Positions 43,140-52,367 of a stretch of 64,000 nt of DNA are shown here, one piece after another. Below the pieces are notes generated by a model that worked only from the letters and a program-made list of their open reading frames with translations, was not told the origin of the DNA and made no database searches. The translations under genes were made by a program, and so were the position numbers. Source of the DNA: a bacterium (GTDB taxonomy: Bacteria > UBA8248); the NCBI GenBank assembly GCA_965204535.1, contig CBDBEV010000001.1, positions 1,152,001 to 1,216,000 of the forward strand, read 5' to 3'. Positions within the stretch are counted from its first letter, which is position 1. Every line of letters starts with the position of its first letter.

Positions 43140-44021
43140 TTGAACGATACGCTGCTGGCGGCGGGGTTCGCCTTGGGCACCGCGTCAATGTCCTCGGCCT
43201 TCAGCCTCATCGCCAGACGCGGGCAACGGCACGGCACGGCCATCACGGGCGTGGTCATCGGTCTGATTGTGAACGTCCCCTGGCTGGTAGCGCTGACCAT
43301 CCTCACCTGGGAACCCGCCTATTGGAGCTCGGAAGCCTGGTTCTGGTTCTTCCTGTCGGGCATCACGGGACCCTCGCTCGGCCGAGTGTTCATGTTCCGG
43401 GCGATACATCGCCTGGGCGTTTCACGCGCGGTTCCCCTCCTGGCGGCCAATCCGCTTTTTTCGGCCGGTTTCGCCTATATTTTTCTTGGGGAGCGGCCGG
43501 GGCCTTACGTGTGGGCGGGGATTTTCCTGGTCGTTTTGGGGTGCGTGGGGATCACCTACCAGCGCAAGAGCGACGCTCCCTGGGACAGGCGCGCCATCTG
43601 GCTGCCGCTCTTGTCCGTTCTGGGGTTTTCCACGTCGAACATTTTCAGAAAAATCGGGATCGAGGTCGTTCCTTCCGCACTACTCGGCATCACGCTCACC
43701 AGTTTTTTCGGTTTGGTGGCGCTGGTCGCGGTTTTGTGGTTTCTGCCTAAACCCCAGCGCCCGTCTCTCAAGTGGGGAAAGGCCTGGCATTTCTATGGGC
43801 CCTGTGGGCTCATCAACACGCTGGCGTTTTTGAGTCACTTCGCCGCTTTGAAATATGGGGATATTTCGGTCGTATCGCCGCTTTCATCCACCGCGCCGCT
43901 TTTCGCGCTCTTCTACACCTGGATTTTCCTGCGCGATATGGAGCGCATTACGTTGCCCATATTGATGGGGACGGTCTGCGTCGTCGCGGGAGGGGCGATC
44001 ATCGCCTTGAAAGCGATGTAG
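43140..44021 (+). CDS. EamA/DMT family transporter (paralog of 40093-40974)
   Basis: Shares GQRH..A..GV.IGLIV, WEPA.., LGERPGPY, YGD...V.PL, ERIT.PIL.GT with the first copy. Confidence 0.88.
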   Translation: MNDTLLAAGFALGTASMSSAFSLIARRGQRHGTAITGVVIGLIVNVPWLVALTILTWEPAYWSSEAWFWFFLSGITGPSLGRVFMFRAIHRLGVSRAVPLLAANPLFSAGFAYIFLGERPGPYVWAGIFLVVLGCVGITYQRKSDAPWDRRAIWLPLLSVLGFSTSNIFRKIGIEVVPSALLGITLTSFFGLVALVAVLWFLPKPQRPSLKWGKAWHFYGPCGLINTLAFLSHFAALKYGDISVVSPLSSTAPLFALFYTWIFLRDMERITLPILMGTVCVVAGGAIIALKAM

Positions 44022-44041
44022 CGCGCCGCTTTGCGCCCTGA

Positions 44042-44587
44042 TCAACCCGTGAGAAGCGCCCTGATCGTGGGAGCGATTTCCTTCGCGCGCCCACGGAGTT
44101 GCTCATCCGTGAGGCTGCCCACCGGATGGGGAATATAGGCCACCGGATAGTCCGGCATGCCGCGCACCTTGGAGACCATCTCGACCGTGGGCCGGAACGG
44201 CTCGGTGCAGATGACGGCGGTGGGGACGCCTTTTTTCTCGAGTTCGATTCCATCGTGCACACTGCACGAAGAGCAGGAGCCTCAGTCGCCCACCGCAGTG
44301 ATGGCGAGGTCGCATTTCTCGGCCATCTCCGCGTAAACCTCCGGCTTGGCCGGGCGGGTGTCGTATTCTTTCGATAGCTCAACGGCGAGATTTGGGTCCG
44401 CGCCGTCCGCCCGCAATTCATCCAGTATGTAGCGCATCAGCTTGTCCGCGCCTACCTTGGAGTTCCAGAGCAGGCCGATGCGCTTGCCGGAGAGCGCGCC
44501 GTCGCGGCTTGTGCGGTCTTCGGTTTCGATTTCCGGCTCCACGGTCGGATCGTAAATCGGTATCGCCGCCTCCACTATGGGGTTCAT
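44042..44587 (-). CDS. UGSC-family selenoprotein (in-frame UGA at 44282-44284 read as Sec), 181 aa
   Basis: The two ORFs 44282..44653 and 44042..44260 are in one frame and joined by a single TGA: AITAVGD-U-GSCSSCSVHDGIELEKKGVP...HP. GAGGAGG RBS before ATG 44587. SECIS-like hairpin follows the TGA. Confidence 0.9.
44253..44269 (-). promoter_or_regulatory. Candidate bacterial SECIS hairpin
   Basis: On the mRNA strand, UCGUGCA-GUG-UGCACGA starts 12 nt after the UGA; G-containing apical loop. Confidence 0.65.
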
Positions 44588-44677
44588 CGAATACCTCCTC
44601 TTGTGTATGTATGACTGCGCAGATGATTTCTCGTATCGTATTCCATCAATCAATCTTCTCTTCTGACACTTCTTTCT

Positions 44678-45718
44678 TCAACCACGAGACTCGCGCCGTT
44701 CGGCCGCGCTCAGCACAGGGCGGGTGACGAACTCGCCGTTTCGCCTTCTGCTCCATGAGGGAACCCAGGAGGAATGCCCGCCGGCCTCGCCTCCCGCGAC
44801 GACGATGTAGATGTCTTCGGGCTTGAGCGCGTGGCGCACATTACCGTTTTTATCGGCGTCGATGGGCTTGTCGAGCTTGCCGGTGCGCAGGAGTTGGCTC
44901 AAGGGAAGCGTCGCCTTTTCAAACAGATACTCTTTCAGCTCCTTTTTCGAGGGAAATTCCTCGGCCAGCAGATGCACGTGCTCAGGCGCAAAGACGAAAC
45001 AAGATTGCCCCTCGCTCATGCTGCCCAGACCCGCCATGGTGGCGGCGGCGGTTTCCGCAATTCCGCGCCCCTTTCCATAGTGGTTCTGGATGTTGTGCGG
45101 ACTCTCGGCGGCGAGAAGCGTCACCGTACTTGTTTGAGTTGAATAGCCGAGTTCGACGTTCAATGGCTCCCAAGGGCTCGTTTCCTCCCATTCGGCGAAG
45201 GTGAAGCTGTATTTGCCCGGATTCCCCTGGGTGGAGCGATCCAGAAGGCCCGGCTTCGAACCCAGGCAGTTGATGATGATAAGCCTGAGCGCGCGGCCTA
45301 TCGTCGCTCCCGCGCGGTTGCCCGGCCCGTAAATGTTCCCCTGCATGTTGAGGCCAATCTCATGGCGAATCGGGCCGTTTACGACCATGAAGGGCGCTGC
45401 TCCGCCCGTGCTCGTGGCGCTGGAGTGAATGTTGTAGGCCGGATTGGCCATGGCTTCGAGCGCGGCGAGTATGACGGGCATATAGGAGGGCAGACACCCC
45501 GCCATGATGGCGTTCAGGGCCACTTTTCCGGCCCGGACGGTTCTTTTCCGCTCCGCCAGATGAAAGACGACGTCATCGGCGTCGAGTCCCGAAGCCTCCA
45601 GAAAGTGCTCCAAGAGGTCAGGCGTCGGGGGAACCACGGGCAGGCCGTCCGTCCAGCCTTTCTCGTGATACATTTCTATCGCCTCATAGACGTCCGCCGC
45701 TTCACTCACCGCTTCCAT
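44678..45718 (-). CDS. Conserved uncharacterised partner of UGSC-family proteins
   Basis: GWTDGLPVVPPT, NAIMAGC, NGP, GPGNRAGATIGRALRL, GNPGKY, E.SPW, VAGG motifs; same strand, directly upstream of the selenoprotein. Confidence 0.8.
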   Translation of the reverse strand: MEAVSEAADVYEAIEMYHEKGWTDGLPVVPPTPDLLEHFLEASGLDADDVVFHLAERKRTVRAGKVALNAIMAGCLPSYMPVILAALEAMANPAYNIHSSATSTGGAAPFMVVNGPIRHEIGLNMQGNIYGPGNRAGATIGRALRLIIINCLGSKPGLLDRSTQGNPGKYSFTFAEWEETSPWEPLNVELGYSTQTSTVTLLAAESPHNIQNHYGKGRGIAETAAATMAGLGSMSEGQSCFVFAPEHVHLLAEEFPSKKELKEYLFEKATLPLSQLLRTGKLDKPIDADKNGNVRHALKPEDIYIVVAGGEAGGHSSWVPSWSRRRNGEFVTRPVLSAAERRESRG

Positions 45719-45908
45719 GTGGTCTCCTGTGTATGGGATGATTATTTACCATAAAACAACAGGATACCGCAGGGAGCCGGTTTTGAAAATGCGGGTTTGC
45801 GTCCCGGGCTCCCGGTTTCATTGATGCTTCGGGACTGGTATATCATCCCTTCGGTATCTGGTATCCGGCCGCCGCTTTCGGGTGCGGCGCATATAAATGA
45901 AGAGGGGA

Positions 45909-46520
45909 ATGTCTCGTATGGATTTCGAGTTGATTCGCGCCGTAAACGCCCATTTTGAGCCATTTTATCCCTATGCGGCGGCGGAGATTCACGCTGAATA
46001 CGGGCGCGCTACGGGCGACGTCCTCGAAATCGGCCCCTACGGCCCCGGCGTGGTGCTCGCCCTGGCGGCGCGCTGCCCCGGGATGCGCCTCACATGCGGA
46101 GACGATACCGACCGCTTGAACGACTACCTCGCCGAAACGGTTGCGGAGGCGGGCATGTCCGCGCGCGTCCGCGTGGAACCACTTGATAAATATAGCCTTC
46201 CGTTCGAGGCTGGCTCTTTCGACCTCGTCGTCTTCCGGGGCGGGCTTTTCTTCTGGGAGGAGCAGGAGAGAATCGTCGCCGAGATGAATCGCGTCCTGAA
46301 GCCCGGCGGGATGGGCGCGCACGGCGGCGGTTTCGGGGCGGGGGCGTCGGATGCGCTCATCGAATCGCTGCTGCCCGAAGCGCGCGCGTTGAACGACCGC
46401 CTCGGCAAGAAGCGCCTCTCTCGCGCGGATGTGCGCCAAATCGCTGAAAATGCAGGACTTGCGTTTTTCAGAATCGCGTCCGAACACGGCCTTTGGCTCT
46501 TTTGGGAGAAGACGGGCTAG
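45909..46520 (+). CDS. Class I SAM-dependent methyltransferase
   Basis: VLEIGPYGPG motif I variant, LPFEAGSFDLVV, RVLKPGG. Confidence 0.8.
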   Translation: MSRMDFELIRAVNAHFEPFYPYAAAEIHAEYGRATGDVLEIGPYGPGVVLALAARCPGMRLTCGDDTDRLNDYLAETVAEAGMSARVRVEPLDKYSLPFEAGSFDLVVFRGGLFFWEEQERIVAEMNRVLKPGGMGAHGGGFGAGASDALIESLLPEARALNDRLGKKRLSRADVRQIAENAGLAFFRIASEHGLWLFWEKTG

Positions 46521-46988
46521 CGTTTTCCGCGCATTTCACACCCCGTAATTCCCCGCATTTGCCGTCGCGCGCACGCCTCCTGAGCCGTGGTATTCTCACG
46601 GTGCTTCTGCGGGGGAGGGGATTTTCACCCGCGAAACTCCCCGCATTTGCCCGCACTTCCCCTCGAAAATTTGTCGGCAATTTATCGAAAAACACCGTGA
46701 ATTTATCGATATTTATCGAATTTTCCAGAAATTCCTTATTCTCGAACGCGGCGGTGCGCTTCTCCATCATACTCCGGTGCGCTGAATATCCCGCGACGGC
46801 AAATGCTGGGAAATGCGTGGTCAAAAGCGAGCGAGGAGCGAGCGTTTGCGCGCCCCGAGGAGGTCAATCGCGACCGAGGGAAAGTGATTCTTAGTTGCCG
46901 ACAGATGAAAGAGGGTCAGGCTCGACCGAGAGGGGAGAGTTTGTCGACCGGGGAGGAGGGGCATGGCGAGGTTGCGTCCAGGCTTCTC

Positions 46989-47546
46989 TCACCCGCTCAG
47001 CAAACTCGTCTTCGTGAACACCGCATCCAGCTCGTAGCCGCGCTCGGCGAGGTTCTCGCGGCCGCCTTCTTCGCGGTCCACGAGGCAGATGACATGGACG
47101 ACTTCGAGACCGAAGGCCAGAGCCGCGTCGATGGCCGTGAAGGTGGAGGCTGCGGTGGTTACCACGTCCTCGATGATGGCGGCCTTCATGCCGGGCCTTA
47201 AGTTCCCCGCCCCCTCGATGCGGTTCTGCATCCCGTGGCCCTTCTCGCCCTTGCGGATGATGAAGGCGGGAACATCGCGTCCTTCGAGCGCGGCGGTCAT
47301 CGAGACGGCCGTCACCATCGGGTCAGCACCCAGGGTGGGGCCGCCCACGGCGTCGACGCCCTCCCTGATGCGCTCGTAGATCACCCGGCCCACGAGCCGC
47401 GCCCCCTCGCCGTGCAGCGTCACCTGTCGGCAGTCGACGTAGAAATCGCTCACCCGGCCCGAGGCGAGCGTCACCTGTTTTTTCTCATACGATTTTTCCA
47501 GCAGAAGCCCGCGCAGGGCTTCCAGGTCCGCATCAAAGTTCGTCAT
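46989..47546 (-). CDS. pyrE: Orotate phosphoribosyltransferase
   Basis: TLASG..SDFYVD, RK..K.HG, IIEDVVTT PRPP motif, LVDREEGG. Confidence 0.95.
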   Translation of the reverse strand: MTNFDADLEALRGLLLEKSYEKKQVTLASGRVSDFYVDCRQVTLHGEGARLVGRVIYERIREGVDAVGGPTLGADPMVTAVSMTAALEGRDVPAFIIRKGEKGHGMQNRIEGAGNLRPGMKAAIIEDVVTTAASTFTAIDAALAFGLEVVHVICLVDREEGGRENLAERGYELDAVFTKTSLLSG

Positions 47547-47556
47547 GGCGTCGTCT

Positions 47557-47844
47557 CTATGGTTCGGTGGATGATTCGGGCGCTCCTCCGGCGGCTCTGA
47601 GCTCGTGGTAGATATGGAGCGCCGCTTCCGCGAAGGCTTCGGGCACCATCAAGTGCACCGCGCCCAGGTTCGTCCGGCTGAAGGCGTAGACCGAACCCGC
47701 CGAGTCGTAGCTCAGGTGCACGGGGATTCGTTCGGCCTCAAGCCTGCTCTTGAGGATCAAGGCTTCCATCTGCCCGCCGACGGTGGCGATGCGCCTTAAA
47801 TCGGATGATCCCTTCACGCCTTCCGGCGTCTTGTCGCCCCACAC
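47557..47844 (-). CDS. DUF2007-like putative signal-transducing protein
   Basis: EALILKSRLEAERIPV...G.V.LMVPE....A pattern. Confidence 0.6.
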   Translation of the reverse strand: MWGDKTPEGVKGSSDLRRIATVGGQMEALILKSRLEAERIPVHLSYDSAGSVYAFSRTNLGAVHLMVPEAFAEAALHIYHELRAAGGAPESSTEP

Positions 47845-47949
47845 GCTCTCGCTCCTCGTTCGGGATTCGGAAACCGCCTCCCATGATCAAAGAAATCGGG
47901 CCGGGGCGCAAGAGCGAAACGCGATTGATGAAGGTGGGTGCGTGGTTTT

Positions 47950-48052
47950 GTAGGGGCGGTTCGCGAACCGCCCCTGCGGACTCCTCACAATTCGAAACGA
48001 ATCTGTAGGGACAGGTCGCGACCTCAGACAGGCGCAGGAGCCTGTCCGCTAC
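47950..48052. repeat. GTAG-tagged REP palindromes
   Basis: GTAGGGGCGGTTCGCGAACCGCCCCT and GTAGGGACAGGTCGCGACCT...CCTGTCCGCTAC. Confidence 0.8.
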
Positions 48053-48093
48053 GGTGAATAATCCAGAAGGTCGGGATTCACTCCCCCCTTGAG

Positions 48094-48295
48094 GGGGTTG
48101 TTGAAAAAGCCCCTCTCCTCAGGGGATAAGGGCAACCCCCCCTACCCCCCTTGACAGGGGGGTAAAAAAAGAAAGCCCCCTTGTCAGGGGGCAAGGAAAA
48201 TAAAAGCCCCTCTACCGGCGGCGGGCGTCGCCTTTTCATACCCCCCTGACAAGGGGGGTAGGGGGGGTTGGTTTTCAAGGCGAGAGCCTGCGCCG
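48094..48295. mobile_element. MITE-like repeat with IS1182-type left end, inserted in a CCCCCCTTGAG palindrome
   Basis: TTCACTCCCCCCTTGAG|GGGGTTGTTGAAAAAGC; the body is homologous (reverse complement) to about 390-470 and directly to 49869-50105. Confidence 0.7.
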
Positions 48296-48305
48296 CCGAA
48301 CGGCC

Positions 48306-49604
48306 TCACAGCCACGCGAACTTGACGGCGAACAGGAGCGCGACGCCGATCAGCGTCGGCGAGCATTCGCGCCCGCGTCCCGCCATCAATTTGATCAGCA
48401 CGTAGGTGATGACGCCCAGGCCGATGCCGTCTGCGATCGAGAACGTCAGCGGGATGGCGATGACTGTCATGATCGCCGCGGCCGATTCGGTGACGTCGCC
48501 CCAGTCCAGGTCCATGAGCGGGCGCGCCATCAGGCACGCCACGTAGAGGATGGCCGCCGCCGTCGCGTAGGGCGGAACCGAGCCTGCGAGCGGCGCGAAG
48601 AACAGGCAGGCGAGGAACAACGCGGCCACGACGACCGCGCTCAGGCCCGTGCGTCCGCCCGCGCCGGCACCGGCGGCGCTCTCGATGTAGCTCGTGACGG
48701 GTGAGGTGCCGAGCAGGGCGCCGCCGACCGTTCCCGCCGAGTCGGCGATCAGCGCACGCTGCATTCGCGGAAGCCGTCCCTGGTCATCAAGGAGGTTCGC
48801 CTGGTGCGCCACGCCGATGAGCGTGCCCGTCGTGTCGAACAGGTCGACGAGCAGGAACGTGAGAATGACGGCGAGCATGCTCACCTGCAGCGTGCCGGCG
48901 ATGTCCAGGGCGAAGAGCGTCGGCGTCGGATCGGGCGGCAGCGAGGCGATGCCCCCCCATTTGGAGACGCCGAATATCAGGCCGACGGCGGCGACGCCCA
49001 GCATCCCGATGAGGGCTGCGCCCGGCACCTTGCGCGCGTCGAGCGCCACGATCAGGCAGAAGCCGACCAGGCAGAGCAGCGGCCCGGGCGTCGTCAGGTG
49101 GCCTACGGTGACCAGCGTCGCCTTGCTGGCCTGGATGATGCCGGCGTTCTTGAGCGCGATGATGCCCAGGAACAGTCCGATCCCGGCCGCGATGCCCAGT
49201 TTGAGTCCCTGCGGTATCGCCTCGACGATCCAGCGCCGCACCGGCAGGATGCTGATCGCAAGGAACAACAGGCCGGAGACGAAGACCGCGCCCAGCGCGA
49301 CCTCCCACTTGTGGCCGAGGCCGAGCACGACGCCGTAGGCGAAGAAGGCGTTGAGGCCCATGCCCGGGGCCAGCGCGATCGGGTAGTTGGCGTAAAGGCC
49401 CATCAGCAGCGTAGCGAATGCCGCCGCGAGGCAGGTGGCGACGAACACCGCGTCGAACGGCATGCCGGCGTCAGAGAGTATCTGCGGATTGACGAAGGCG
49501 ATGTAGGCCATCGTCAGGAACGTCGTCGCGCCCGCCGTAATTTCCGTTCGTAGGTTGGTGCCGCGCTGCGCCAGTCCGAAGAAGCGTTCAAGAGTCGCAG
49601 TCAT
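48306..49604 (-). CDS. NCS2/AzgA-type purine (adenine/guanine) permease
   Basis: TTFLTMAYI..VNP.IL, APGMGLNAFF, FDT.GTL, TSYIESAAG...GGRTG. Confidence 0.95.
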   Translation of the reverse strand: MTATLERFFGLAQRGTNLRTEITAGATTFLTMAYIAFVNPQILSDAGMPFDAVFVATCLAAAFATLLMGLYANYPIALAPGMGLNAFFAYGVVLGLGHKWEVALGAVFVSGLLFLAISILPVRRWIVEAIPQGLKLGIAAGIGLFLGIIALKNAGIIQASKATLVTVGHLTTPGPLLCLVGFCLIVALDARKVPGAALIGMLGVAAVGLIFGVSKWGGIASLPPDPTPTLFALDIAGTLQVSMLAVILTFLLVDLFDTTGTLIGVAHQANLLDDQGRLPRMQRALIADSAGTVGGALLGTSPVTSYIESAAGAGAGGRTGLSAVVVAALFLACLFFAPLAGSVPPYATAAAILYVACLMARPLMDLDWGDVTESAAAIMTVIAIPLTFSIADGIGLGVITYVLIKLMAGRGRECSPTLIGVALLFAVKFAWL

Positions 49605-49751
49605 GGGTTCCTCACACGGGTTTTTGATGGTGGCTGTTCCGGGCGGTGTTCGATCCGAAATTGCGCCGTAGTCTATTACAGCGGCGATGATTTTTCGAGC
49701 GGGGGGCGCGCCGCCGGTCCGTCTTTGTTATGGATTCTGCGATTTTCGTTT

Positions 49752-50350
49752 GTAGGGACAGGCCTCCATGCCTGTCCTGATGGCAACCATCCTGCAAAGG
49801 ACAACCACGGAGGGTTGTCCCTACCATACGAATACATTCACCCCGTAGGGACAGGTCGCGGTCCCTATCGTTGAAAAAGTCCCTCTCCCAGGGGATAAAG
49901 GCAACCCCCCCTACCCCCCCTTGTCAGGGGGGTAAAAAAACCCGATGAACGAGTAAGATACACTCCTTCCTTGAGGAAAGTTGGCGACGGAGTAGAGAAG
50001 AGATTCACTCCCCCCTCAAGGGAGGAGTTGATTCTTTTTTGCGGGGTTGCTTTTTCATACCCCCCTGACAAGGGGGGGTAGGGGGGGTTAGTTTTCGAGG
50101 CAGGTGGCGTAGGGGTCAGAGATATATGTCTGACTGTGTGTTCTCCCGTTTTGGTTGGGCAAACGGGCGGACACAGGGGTCCGCCCCTACGAACTTCTCC
50201 GCATCGAAACAAACCCGTAGGGGCGGGCCCCTGTGCCCGCCCGTTTGGAGGAGCCCGTCAGACAACCCTTTTCATCAGGACAGGCACGGGGGCCTCGGAC
50301 AGGCGCAGGGGCCTGTCCCTGCTACGGCGAACTATCCCGAAGGTCGGGAA
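49752..50350. repeat. Cluster of GTAG REP doublets plus a MITE-like palindromic repeat
   Basis: Inverted REP pairs at 49752-49824, 50109-50190 and 50217-50325; single REP at 49845; 49869-50105 is homologous to 48100-48280. Confidence 0.8.
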
Positions 50351-50421
50351 CCCCTCCCCCCCATCTGGTTTCCCCTTCCATGAAATGGTAGTTTGGTGCC
50401 GATTGAACGGGAGGAGACCCC

Positions 50422-51324
50422 TTGCGACGATTCCGCCTCATCATTCTTGGGCTATGGCTCGTGAGCCTCATCCCGTGCGGCTACGCCCTCGCCGCACCCG
50501 CGAAGCCGGGCGGCCCCTCCGCAACGGCTCCGTTCGTCGTGGTAATCGACCCCGGCCACGGGGGGCGGGATGCGGGAAGCCGCGGCGTGTTGCTCCTGGA
50601 GAAGGATTTCACGCTCCGCACGGCGGACATGCTGGCCGCGCTCCTCGCGAGACGTCCCGAGGTGAAGGCCATCCTCACGCGCGAGGCCGACACGGAGATG
50701 ACCGCCGTGCAGCGCGCCTCGGTGGCGAACTACAACGCCGCCTCCTTGTTCCTCACCCTTCATGCGGACGCCTCCTGGCGGCCCGGCGCGCGGGGGCCGG
50801 CCATCATGGTGGCGGCGCCCAGGCGTCCGCCGCGCGTGGCGGGGGAGGCGGCCCGGGCCGTGGCGTTTCGCTGGCAGCGCAGCCAGAACATTCATCTGGC
50901 CTCGAACCGCCGCTTCGCCCTGAGCCTGCAGAGGCGCTTCGCCGCCATCCGCGCGGGCGAGAAACCGCCGGTGCGCATTCTGGCGGTGCGCGACCTGGAA
51001 GGCGCGCGCATGCCCGCTGCCTACGTGAGCCTGGGCGTCATCAGCACGCCCGAGGACGAGGCGCGCTTGAGCGAGATAACGGAAGAGGACCCCTATCTCA
51101 CGGCGCTCGCCAGGGCGGTGCTCAAGTTCGCGGGACTCACGGAAGACCTGCCGCCTAAACCGCCTGTGCCCGCAGAAGACGCGCCGGCGGAGTCGTCACA
51201 GGCTCCTGAAGCGTCTGAGCAGCCTGCAACTCCTGAAACCGGGGCCGCGCCGAATGAATCGCCACAATCCGATGCGGACGCGCCCGAGACGCAAAACGCC
51301 GCCCCGGCGGGGGAGGGGCGCTAG
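50422..51324 (+). CDS. N-acetylmuramoyl-L-alanine amidase (Amidase_3 family), possibly degenerate
   Basis: VVIDPGHGG.D.G, EK..TL, LTR, R...AN, LHAD; signal peptide; Pro/Ala/Glu-rich tail. Confidence 0.85.
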   Translation: MRRFRLIILGLWLVSLIPCGYALAAPAKPGGPSATAPFVVVIDPGHGGRDAGSRGVLLLEKDFTLRTADMLAALLARRPEVKAILTREADTEMTAVQRASVANYNAASLFLTLHADASWRPGARGPAIMVAAPRRPPRVAGEAARAVAFRWQRSQNIHLASNRRFALSLQRRFAAIRAGEKPPVRILAVRDLEGARMPAAYVSLGVISTPEDEARLSEITEEDPYLTALARAVLKFAGLTEDLPPKPPVPAEDAPAESSQAPEASEQPATPETGAAPNESPQSDADAPETQNAAPAGEGR

Positions 51325-51325
51325 A

Positions 51326-52120
51326 ATGGCAAAGAAACTCGCAATCGCCGTCCTGATCCTCGCCGTGAGCGGAGCGCTCGTCTGGAATTATCAGGAAGCT
51401 GTTTTGGATTTCCTGGAGCGGGGCCGCGACGCCGCGTTCGACCCCGAGCGGGGCCGCGCCGCGCGCGCCCCAAGCGTGAAGAAGACGCTTTATTTCGCGA
51501 GTGCGGAGGAAGACCTGCTGGTTCCCTATCCCGTGGAGGTGGAGATAGGGAAGGACAACATCGATACCCTGCGCAACGTACTGGCCGCTCTCATCGAGGG
51601 ACCGAAAGGGGAGGGATACGCGCCGGTTATCCCGAAAGGCACGAAGCTGCGTGCGGCCTTTCCGGGGCCGGACGCGATCGCCTACGTCGATTTCGACGAG
51701 AGGTTGAGAGACGCGCACCCGGGCGGCGTGTGGGCGGAACTGATGACCGCCTATGGAGTCGCCTGCACCGTGCTCAAGAATTTCCCGGACCTTTTCGATC
51801 GCGTCGTGCTGCTCATCGGGGGGCAGGAGACGCAGAGCATCGCGGGTTCGCTCGCCATCACGGGTCCGCTCCGGGTGCGCGAGGAGTTGATCGCGGACAG
51901 GATGTCCGTGCCCACGGCGGGTGGTTCTCGACCCGAAACATCAAACGAAGCGAAAGTGAACGGTGCGCCCGCGACGGCCGCCCGGCAGCCTCCCGCAAGC
52001 GCCGTCGGTGTGCCCAGGGAGACCCTCCCGCCGGTGGGAAGCGCTCCGGTCGATCCGGTGGGCGTGCCGCAGAAAAAGCCCGACGTGGGCGCGGTGGGCG
52101 CGCCGGGAAACTCCCGTTAA
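51326..52120 (+). CDS. GerMN domain protein
   Basis: N-terminal TM, LYFA, LIEGP...PVIPKGTKL, AYVDF, V.LLIGG; typical neighbour of amidase genes. Confidence 0.85.
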   Translation: MAKKLAIAVLILAVSGALVWNYQEAVLDFLERGRDAAFDPERGRAARAPSVKKTLYFASAEEDLLVPYPVEVEIGKDNIDTLRNVLAALIEGPKGEGYAPVIPKGTKLRAAFPGPDAIAYVDFDERLRDAHPGGVWAELMTAYGVACTVLKNFPDLFDRVVLLIGGQETQSIAGSLAITGPLRVREELIADRMSVPTAGGSRPETSNEAKVNGAPATAARQPPASAVGVPRETLPPVGSAPVDPVGVPQKKPDVGAVGAPGNSR

Positions 52121-52224
52121 GAGAGCGCCATGCCGGCCGTAATCTGAACGAAGTTATTCAACAACCCCTCCTCAGGGGATAAAGGCAACCCCCCTTGAAG
52201 TTTTTTCCAATTCAGCAGAGAGGG

Positions 52225-52367
52225 TTCACTCCCCCCTTGAGGGGGAGTCGAAGAGGCCGAGCCTTGGCGAAGGCCGATTCGGTGGGGGGACATGCCACAG
52301 ATAAAAAGCTCCCCCCACCGGTTCGGTTTCGGGCAAAACCCCCCTCACCTCACCGACTCCCCCTCAA
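52225..52367. repeat. REPIN-like repeat interrupted by the IS (continues at 53878-53894)
   Basis: TTCACTCCCCCCTTGAGGGGGAGTCG...CGACTCCCCCTCAA|IS|CTCAAGGGGGGAGTTGA. Confidence 0.8.

Noticed and set aside
44042-44653. Two separate small genes or a nonsense pseudogene
   Set aside because: A single in-frame TGA sits in a UxxC-like motif with a SECIS-like hairpin, so recoding explains it better.
49605-49750. Purine riboswitch upstream of the NCS2 permease
   Set aside because: No recognisable purine aptamer consensus; the region runs into REP repeats.
47950-50350. CRISPR array
   Set aside because: The repeats are variable palindromes in both orientations with irregular spacing; there is no identical repeat-unique spacer periodicity and no cas genes.
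48078-50383. Short ORFs such as KTNPPYPPCQGG (also 294-485, 3043-3432)
   Set aside because: They are translations of the palindromic repeats, not proteins.
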